DNA of 32,000 bases from Candidatus Korarchaeum cryptofilum OPF8 (GTDB taxonomy: Archaea > Korarchaeota > Korarchaeia > Korarchaeales > Korarchaeaceae). Location of the stretch: NCBI RefSeq assembly GCF_000019605.1, contig NC_010482.1:450001-482000 (forward strand), given 5' to 3'. Positions 1 through 6,810 of the stretch are shown one piece after another. Made by a program: the position numbers and the translations under genes. Below the pieces are notes generated by a model. It did no database searches. It had not been told where the DNA came from and saw only the letters and a program-made list of their open reading frames with translations. The number at the start of each line of letters is the position of its first letter. The first letter of the stretch is position 1.

Positions 1-1681
1 CCTTGTCTCGATGAAAAGAGGATTGAAAGTTTCCCCGTGAAACCGCAGAAAAATGCCGCTACACAGACGTCTCGATGAAAAGAGGATTGAAAGCGTGATA
101 GAGTTCATATTCACACCTCGATCTGAGGAGTGGTCTCGATGAAAAGAGGATTGAAAGAGGATGAGGATATCGAAATCCTCAAGGCCATAAAGAGGCGTCT
201 CGATGAAAAGAGGATTGAAAGTTTCTTCTATCTCATCGTAATGTGACTCTATGAAAACTGGTCTCGATGAAAAGAGGATTGAAAGTTGGTAATGTTGGTA
301 ACTTGGTAGGGCTCATGATCCAGTCTCGATGAAAAGAGGATTGAAAGGGCAGATATACTGCCACCACGTCGTCGCTAGCGGCCCCCGTCTCGATGAAAAG
401 AGGATTGAAAGTCAGTATGTTGTAGAGCTCATCATAGCTGAAGTTAACTGCGTCTCGATGAAAAGAGGATTGAAAGTTGACGCGTTTGAATATGAAACTC
501 ATCATCACAGTCTGTCTCGATGAAAAGAGGATTGAAAGCTAAGCATGTCATAGGCTATTTGTTCGAGCTCACCACGCGTCTCGATGAAAAGAGGATTGAA
601 AGCTAAGGATTGGCAAACTTGGTAAAGTTGGTAACTTGGTAGTCTCGATGAAAAGAGGATTGAAAGATATGTTAACTTGAGGAACGTCGCGGATCCGAAA
701 ATAGGTCTCGATGAAAAGAGGATTGAAAGTTCTGTCGAGTATCGTAGCCTTCTTTACAATGTCCTGTCTCGATGAAAAGAGGATTGAAAGTTGCTCTCCT
801 CGATCGTCTTCTTCATATCTCTGATCTTCGGTCTCGATGAAAAGAGGATTGAAAGAGCTCTATGTTCCTTATCCTCCTCAGGTCCTTCTCAGTGTCTCGA
901 TGAAAAGAGGATTGAAAGGTGGTGGAACGGGGACTTCAGAGTGAATATAATGCAAGTCTCGATGAAAAGAGGATTGAAAGCTAACACTTAATTTCTTCTC
1001 TGGCGGTTTTTCTTCCTCTGTCTCGATGAAAAGAGGATTGAAAGCCTCGTGGGCGTCCTCCAAGACGCCCCCGAGGTCAACCGGTCTCGATGAAAAGAGG
1101 ATTGAAAGAGCTCTATGTTCCTTATCCTCCTCAGGTCCTTCTCAGTGTCTCGATGAAAAGAGGATTGAAAGGTGGTGGAACGGGGACTTCAGAGTGAATA
1201 TAATGCAAGTCTCGATGAAAAGAGGATTGAAAGCTAACACTTAATTTCTTCTCTGGCGGTTTTTCTTCCTCTGTCTCGATGAAAAGAGGATTGAAAGCCT
1301 CGTGGGCGTCCTCCAAGACGCCCCCGAGGTCAACCGGTCTCGATGAAAAGAGGATTGAAAGTAAGAGGATCGGGAGCGATCAAATAACCGACCAAATTCA
1401 GTCTCGATGAAAAGAGGATTGAAAGCTCCGATCGTAGTGATGTTGGTAGTCGCTACGCATTACGGTCTCGATGAAAAGAGGATTGAAAGCCCTGATCAAT
1501 TATTCGGGTCTCCTCCTCCATATCATGTCTCGATGAAAAGAGGATTGAAAGAGTGGGGTCCAGTGGGGAGGAGCTGACCAAGTGGGGTCCGTCTCGATGA
1601 AAAGAGGATTGAAAGGCAGGACAGAGTGACGAGCGTTTTCGACCCAGAGATCCTCCGTCTCGATGAAAAGAGGACTGAGAG
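1..1681 (+). CRISPR. CRISPR array truncated by the left window edge. It has 27 copies of the 25-nt repeat GTCTCGATGAAAAGAGGATTGAAAG and 26 complete spacers of 36-41 nt, of which 22 are unique.
   Basis: Repeat starts were read directly at 5, 69, 133, 197, 261, 323, 387, 452, 514, 578, 642, 705, 766, 831, 894, 956, 1020, 1084, 1147, 1209, 1273, 1337, 1401, 1465, 1527, 1591 and 1657. The last repeat (1657-1681) is degenerate (GTCTCGATGAAAAGAGGACTGAGAG, 2 mismatches). The repeat 3' end ATTGAAAG matches the canonical 8-nt crRNA 5' handle, which argues for plus-strand transcription with the leader left of the window. Confidence 0.98.
856..1361 (+). repeat. Perfect tandem duplication of a 253-bp block (4 spacer+repeat units) inside the CRISPR array.
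   Basis: Spacers at 856-893, 919-955, 981-1019 and 1045-1083 recur identically at 1109-1146, 1172-1208, 1234-1272 and 1298-1336. The artefactual ORFs 878..1063 and 1131..1316 have identical translations offset by 253 nt. Confidence 0.95.
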
Positions 1682-1701
1682 AAAGATTGTAGCTACTTCG
1701 A

Positions 1702-2283
1702 TCATGAATGGAGAATGTGCATTACACGTTCCAAGGATTGACTGGCTTTCAATCGCTCCGCAAGTATGTCTCCTTCCCGTGCATATCCCCTGGTCACTTC
1801 GAATGAGAGTTTAGAGAGCTTATTGGCCACATCATCGAGTGACTCTACTCCGAGCGTCAGTTCGATTGGTAGACTCATGTCCCACATCCTAGCCTTCATG
1901 CTCAAGAGCACCTCCTTTACTATTGTAGAACGTGAAATAGCTTTTTCATCGCTTATGTAAATGCAGTAGATGTCATTGAGAAGATCTCCAGGTTCTTCAT
2001 ATAGTGCGATTACCTCCTTGCCAAGGAACCTGGCGGTCCTCAAGGACAGTACGGCCGCAGCGAGTTCCTCAGCATATCTCTTTATCAACCTCCTCATTAA
2101 CTCTTTATACTCTTTATAGGAAGCTTTAAAGCGTTCCTCCGCGCACTCCACATCGTAAATCCATTCATCGATGCACTCAGCCAGTAAGAGGGCTACTATC
2201 TTGCCATTAGAGATCTCTTCAAATTTCTCGTCCTTAACTAGTTTATCATGAGAGACCTCAGAGAGGAACTCGAGAATTATCAT
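1702..2283 (-). CDS. Hypothetical protein (193 aa) with no recognisable motif, sitting between the array end and the cmr-linked accessory genes.
   Basis: It is a long ORF with an ATG start preceded by AAGGTGA (SD-like). A TATA-like AATTATAAAAG lies about 60 nt upstream on the minus strand. The stop is 20 nt from the terminal degenerate CRISPR repeat. Confidence 0.6.
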   Translation of the reverse strand: MIILEFLSEVSHDKLVKDEKFEEISNGKIVALLLAECIDEWIYDVECAEERFKASYKEYKELMRRLIKRYAEELAAAVLSLRTARFLGKEVIALYEEPGDLLNDIYCIYISDEKAISRSTIVKEVLLSMKARMWDMSLPIELTLGVESLDDVANKLSKLSFEVTRGYAREGDILAERLKASQSLERVMHILHS

Positions 2284-2358
2284 AATTTCACCTTACTGCT
2301 CGCACTATACAGTAATCGAACTTAATTTTCTTTATCTCTTTTATAATTTCACTCTTCT

Positions 2359-2813
2359 TCACTCCGCAGCTCCCCCCAGTATGATAACGGCTGCAGTCTT
2401 GGGAATTGCCCCGCTAAAGCAGAAACACTCGTTAGAATGCAGATATCCATCTTTCTTCTCTTTGAATTTATTCACTATGGCTTCAACTTTCTCCCTCCTT
2501 ATACGTTTACACTCCACATGAACGCAGATATCCTTTTCCCCTTAACTTCTATCAATAGGAAGTAATCGAATTTCTTCCCTTTCTTCACCCAATCAGATGG
2601 GCAATATTTGTGTTTAAAATTCCCGTTAGCGAGTTGATCGATTCTACGTGCGAGAAGCCTTTCCACTTTAAGCCCGCCCCTAACTTTAGCCTCCTCCTCC
2701 CTCATATGATCTACTATCTCCATTAACGGCCCGCACTCCGGATCTTCCATATTCTCCTCAATTATCTCAAGTATCTCTTTAGAACATTCAGTCTCATCTG
2801 AGCGCTTCTTCAT
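2359..2813 (-). pseudogene. Possible full-length (~151 aa) Hjc-like PD-(D/E)xK nuclease gene interrupted by a -1 frame change at a G4A4 run.
   Basis: In the -1 frame, the sequence from the run AAGGGGAAAAGG (plus-strand 2532-2543) reads GEKDICVHVECKRIRREKVEAIVNKFKEKKDGYLHSNECFCFSGAIPKTAAVIILGGAAE up to a TGA at 2359-2361. The span is 455 nt, one short of a multiple of 3. Confidence 0.45.
2499..2813 (-). CDS. Small protein (104 aa as an uninterrupted ORF) with a PD-(D/E)xK-like motif set, probably the N-terminal part of a frameshifted nuclease.
   Basis: The motifs are KVERLLARRIDQL (acidic helix), CPSDW and FLLIEVKGK (ExK). The ORF overlaps the upstream ATPase gene by 20 nt, and it stops only 14 codons after ExK. 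Confidence 0.6.
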   Translation of the reverse strand: MKKRSDETECSKEILEIIEENMEDPECGPLMEIVDHMREEEAKVRGGLKVERLLARRIDQLANGNFKHKYCPSDWVKKGKKFDYFLLIEVKGKRISAFMWSVNV

Positions 2814-3921
2814 AAGCTTCTCTCTCCCTCCTGAAGAGCTCCGGACTCGTTATGTTCTCCTCGGTCAGTCTCTCCGCTCTCCCATCGTGGACGTAGTAAG
2901 CCGGAAACCCGCGCTTTATAGCTCTAGAGAGGAGGAGCCCCGTGTGCAATTCAGCTACGAATCTGATATTCTCTTTCTCCTCCATTAAGTCCAAGAGGTT
3001 TAGGAGCCAATCCACGTGGACTCCCGCATCGAAAACTTCTGTGAGTAGAACTCCTTTCAATTCGATCCCGAACTTCTCAGCATATCTCAAGAAGTTCTCG
3101 ATCCTGTAGGCGGAGATCAATATATTGAGTACTTGAAGGAAACCATCGCTCATGGAAGTTAGAGGGAGACAGGAGTTATCTTGGCATACATATATCCTTT
3201 TCCCGGGGATTATATCTTCTACTGAAACGGAATCTGCCGTCACACTATTCAGATCCTCGATGAATTCACCCACTCTAGCTCTCCCGAGCGAGTAGAGATA
3301 ATTCACGCCATCCTCAATGTTCTTCAGAATATCGTCATATGAGGGTCTGCGTAGATATAGATATGGTTTCTCAAAGCGACTCCTGAGCCTCTCAAAATCT
3401 CTAGAAAGCTCCGGAAGATCCCCTAGATCGATCCCTGCAATTCTGAGCGAGGAGATGTAGTCACTCTCTAGTAGGTAGGTCCCTTTGGGGGGAGGGAGTT
3501 TGTTCACTCGAAAAACGAGCCCCCCGGAGAGGACTTGGCTCCCTCTCTCCATATCGTATCTGTGGACAAATTTATATCTCTCGCTCTTCAGTTCAAGTCT
3601 ACTGGGCAATATAGACTCCTTCTCGACTAAAGGAGAAATTGGGAGGAGGTAGGAGTAATCTACTTCTAAGGAAACCTTATCTGAGAAAGGTTCATCTAAT
3701 TGTGCCTCCAAGCTGAGTTTCGGGTTATCTATTCTAGCGTAATCCGAGAGATCAGGATAATCATTAATGGGCCCGAGAATAGTGCATAGCAGGAGATCTA
3801 TCGCTCTCAATATACTCGATTTTCCCTCGCTATTCGGCCCGTATAGTAGCGTCACATTCCCTATTTCGATATCGGCCTCGATTATCCTGATGAGGTTCCT
3901 CACTCTTATCTCACTTATCAT
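2794..3921 (-). CDS. ABC/SMC-like (AAA_15/AAA_21-type) ATPase of 375 aa; not a core Cmr subunit.
   Basis: It has Walker A LLYGPNSEGKSSIL at the N-terminus, a signature-like LTSMSDGF, a Walker-B-like GVLLTEVFDAGVH and a distal ELHTG. It starts 8 nt after the cmr6 stop. Confidence 0.75.
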   Translation of the reverse strand: MISEIRVRNLIRIIEADIEIGNVTLLYGPNSEGKSSILRAIDLLLCTILGPINDYPDLSDYARIDNPKLSLEAQLDEPFSDKVSLEVDYSYLLPISPLVEKESILPSRLELKSERYKFVHRYDMERGSQVLSGGLVFRVNKLPPPKGTYLLESDYISSLRIAGIDLGDLPELSRDFERLRSRFEKPYLYLRRPSYDDILKNIEDGVNYLYSLGRARVGEFIEDLNSVTADSVSVEDIIPGKRIYVCQDNSCLPLTSMSDGFLQVLNILISAYRIENFLRYAEKFGIELKGVLLTEVFDAGVHVDWLLNLLDLMEEKENIRFVAELHTGLLLSRAIKRGFPAYYVHDGRAERLTEENITSPELFRREREAYEEALR

Positions 3922-3929
3922 GATACCAC

Positions 3930-4682
3930 CTACAGCTCCATGAGCCCGTAACCTACTAGGGTCTTCGCTCCGATCCCTCTCCTGAGGACCTCCATCATGA
4001 ATTGTCCTAAGAAGTCACCTAATCTCCTACCCTTCCCCCTCAACCCAATAATCATCCTGAATGTCACGTCCTTATTTATAACGGGATATATCACTGGCTT
4101 CGGCTCAGCTTTCACTTCCCTAACTCCCTTAGCTCCGTATATGGGGGTGGTGACCTCGGGCACTAATAAATTGCTCTTGGAGCTGACTGGGTAGGAATCG
4201 AGGAAGATTATTGAAGAAGATTCCGATTTAGATCCGAGCAATGGGACAAGATCCGGCCTCTCTGACTCCAGATAGGATCTGAAGGCCCCTTTCAATGAAG
4301 ATCCTGGTATATAGGGGAGATTTAGGAGAGGATCCCAGGATAGGCCCACTTCGAATATCTGCTTCCCGAAGATCTCGCTCGCCATCCCAACTATCAATCT
4401 AGACCTCGTCACGGCTAGGAAATCGAATACGTCATAACCACAAGATTTGAGAGCAGATTTCTGCATATCTAAGAGATTTGAGGCTTTTTTGAAGACCTCA
4501 TTCAAATTATCGGGTGAATATGCTGTGAATAGGTCCTCTAGAATTCTCCTCCTCTCCTCGGATTCCCCACCCCTCTCCGCCTTATCCCTCAGGTATTTCA
4601 GGCCCCTGATCCTCATCCAGGAGAGGGTATTCATCGAGGAGGGATTCAGGGGGATCTTCCCGATCTCCTCGATCAGTCTCAT
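3930..4682 (-). CDS. cmr6: Type III-B RAMP subunit Cmr6.
   Basis: It carries YIPGSSLKGAFRS and the C-terminal glycine-rich GIGAKTLVGYG typical of Cmr6. It overlaps cmr1 by 4 nt. Confidence 0.85.
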   Translation of the reverse strand: MRLIEEIGKIPLNPSSMNTLSWMRIRGLKYLRDKAERGGESEERRRILEDLFTAYSPDNLNEVFKKASNLLDMQKSALKSCGYDVFDFLAVTRSRLIVGMASEIFGKQIFEVGLSWDPLLNLPYIPGSSLKGAFRSYLESERPDLVPLLGSKSESSSIIFLDSYPVSSKSNLLVPEVTTPIYGAKGVREVKAEPKPVIYPVINKDVTFRMIIGLRGKGRRLGDFLGQFMMEVLRRGIGAKTLVGYGLMEL

Positions 4683-5878
4683 AAGTAGATCACCTCGCTC
4701 TCATATCCGATCCTATCGAGATACTCCAGAAGGCTCGAGACCGACGTGATGTAAGCTTTCTTCACCTCTAAGCGATCTATCTTCAGATTCTTCCTTCTCC
4801 TCCCTATCCAAACAATCTCGGTCGGCCAGTCACCCGAGAGGAAGAATGTGAAGAGGGCTCCCTCCTTATGGACCGCTAGATGGACGGCGCTCGCCCTCCT
4901 CCCATCGTAAATATATCCAGTCATCTTCTGCATTCTCGGGAGGCCGAGGAACCATGCCAACCTCTCCCTAGTTATGTCGTCCCTGCTCTCATCAGCGCTG
5001 CTTATCCTGTATTTCATTCTCCTCAACCTAGCGGGCCTGTAGAAGAAATCTTGAAGCTCTATAACCATATTATCTATACTCTTATCTTCCCTCGGCTTGG
5101 CTCTCACTATCATGAAGACCGGAGTTTCCCTCAAGTTGATGAGCCTCACACCAGGTACAATCCCGGAGAGGTCGATTTTAGCTTCCGATATGCAGTCTAT
5201 CGGAGGTATCTCACTCGGTTTTCCCCTATCGAGATCCAAGTAAGACCTCACGGATTCCATAGTCTCCCTTATCAACTCCCTGAGCTTGCTGTGATCCAGC
5301 TTCCCGTTCACCAAGAAATCCCCATTGAAGCCCTCTACTTCCACAGAGAAAGTCCCGAGGCCCCTCCTCCCTCCCTTCCCCAGCCCGTTGAGGGAGAGAG
5401 CCGTGAGAAGGGATCCTATTACTACTTTTATCTCATTTTCATCGATCCTTTTCACGTGTGGAGACTTCTCAATTATTATCTCAGCGTATGCCTTATCTCC
5501 ATAACTAATCTTCCCTCTCTTCCCCATGGAGAGGAGCCTTATCCTCTGTGCAGCGAATTCATCCTCCTTACGATCAGCTTTAGCTCTGTTGATAACTATC
5601 CTGAATTTCGAAGCTGATCCCTGGCTTCCCAGAAGATCCCCTGTCTTCTCCACTATTTTCTTGAGAGATTCGGGATCGATCCCGCAGACGAGATCCCCCT
5701 CCTCCTTGCACTCCAGGAGGCCCGCGTCGTACATAGCTCCGGCTATGTAAGCTCTCAGCCAATACCTCCAGAGCCCCTTGAGGGATTGAGTCCTGAAAGG
5801 ATCTTCCTCGTGGAACTGGGTATCGTAACCACCCAGATAAAGCCTGCTCTCCCCATTGAGCTTGAGCAATATACTCAT
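4679..5878 (-). CDS. cmr1: Type III-B RAMP subunit Cmr1.
   Basis: RTQSLKGLWRYWLRAY matches the Cmr1 R-x-PS-[IL]-KG-x-x-R-W-W-x-RA motif. It also has LGLPR and RRASAVHLAV in the C-terminal half, and it sits within the operon. Confidence 0.85.
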   Translation of the reverse strand: MSILLKLNGESRLYLGGYDTQFHEEDPFRTQSLKGLWRYWLRAYIAGAMYDAGLLECKEEGDLVCGIDPESLKKIVEKTGDLLGSQGSASKFRIVINRAKADRKEDEFAAQRIRLLSMGKRGKISYGDKAYAEIIIEKSPHVKRIDENEIKVVIGSLLTALSLNGLGKGGRRGLGTFSVEVEGFNGDFLVNGKLDHSKLRELIRETMESVRSYLDLDRGKPSEIPPIDCISEAKIDLSGIVPGVRLINLRETPVFMIVRAKPREDKSIDNMVIELQDFFYRPARLRRMKYRISSADESRDDITRERLAWFLGLPRMQKMTGYIYDGRRASAVHLAVHKEGALFTFFLSGDWPTEIVWIGRRRKNLKIDRLEVKKAYITSVSSLLEYLDRIGYESEVIYL

Positions 5879-6810
5879 CTCCCATCACCCCCGACAGGGA
5901 TGACGGAGCCGAAGCCCAGCTCCCTCCCCACGCCTATCCCCTTCTCATATACCTCGCGTCCCTCCACACCTCTCTCCAAGAATATCACACTTCCCGGGAG
6001 GAGGGCTTGATAAATGGGCTTCCTCCTCTTCCTGATTTCACTGTATCCCGTTCCTAAGAGATCTATCTTACCGTAAACTTCAGCTTCCCCTATCTCCTCC
6101 CTCAAGATCTCAATGAAATCCCTCCCCGTCTCATAAAGGATGGGGGATAGCACGTAGAGTAGGTGTGCTCTCTCCGGTATATCGCAGATGTAATTATCGG
6201 CTTCAGATATCTCGAGCAAGGATACCCTTCCCTCCCCTCCCAGCCTCACCACGTACCTCCCCGTCTCGATCTCCCCCGATACTAAATCGAACTCTATCGT
6301 AGTGTCTAGCTCCATGTCGGAGAGGTAATCTATGAAAGTAGCTGTGTAAATGAGCCCCCTATCCTCATCAGCTACCTTCAACATCTCCCTCCTAGTTTTG
6401 AGCCCTATTCCCGTGACCGTTAGCTCCTTCGGGGAGAATCCCCTGCTTAAAATTTCCCTCAACTTCTCCTCCGACCCCTTGCTGAGATCCCTCTTGAGGC
6501 GACAGTACTCCTCGACATCCTCGAGCCTAATGAACTTCCCATCCACTCTATCCTCCACGTATATCACGGATCCCTTCCTCAGGTAGGGCCCCCTCATCCT
6601 GACTCCCAGGACCCTCGAGTAGGCCTCATCCCAGCTCATGGATCCCGTATCAATATGCTCGCGTACAGTCGCCAGGGCTCCGGCTGTAGTCGATGGACTC
6701 GGGGCTAGGAGCGAGCTAGCCCATGAGTAAACGCCCCTAGCGCTCGGATCGAACTCCCCAGGACCCCTGAAGAGGTAAGGCTCTAAAGACCTGAAAGCAG
6801 CTCTGTACAT
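5875..6810 (-). CDS. cmr3: Type III-B subunit Cmr3.
   Basis: The N-terminus LEPYLFRGPGEFD...ASSLLAPSPSTTAGALATV matches the Cmr3 pattern (LLFR..RPF....A.S..P.P.T.AGA.R). The gene abuts cas10. Confidence 0.85.
   Translation of the reverse strand: MYRAAFRSLEPYLFRGPGEFDPSARGVYSWASSLLAPSPSTTAGALATVREHIDTGSMSWDEAYSRVLGVRMRGPYLRKGSVIYVEDRVDGKFIRLEDVEEYCRLKRDLSKGSEEKLREILSRGFSPKELTVTGIGLKTRREMLKVADEDRGLIYTATFIDYLSDMELDTTIEFDLVSGEIETGRYVVRLGGEGRVSLLEISEADNYICDIPERAHLLYVLSPILYETGRDFIEILREEIGEAEVYGKIDLLGTGYSEIRKRRKPIYQALLPGSVIFLERGVEGREVYEKGIGVGRELGFGSVIPVGGDGR

Noticed and set aside
1-1681. Self-targeting spacers, meaning spacer matches elsewhere in the window.
   Set aside because: I found no convincing match by eye for any of the 22 unique spacers. 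This needs a computational search, so no claim is made.
233-1705. ORF-track entries inside the CRISPR array (233..508, 329..523, 791..991, 878..1063, 1026..1244, 1131..1316, 1523..1705, and the start of 1626..1814).
   Set aside because: Their translations are dominated by the repeat read in different frames (LDEKRIE, MKRGLK, FNPLFIET). They are artefacts of the repeat periodicity, not genes.
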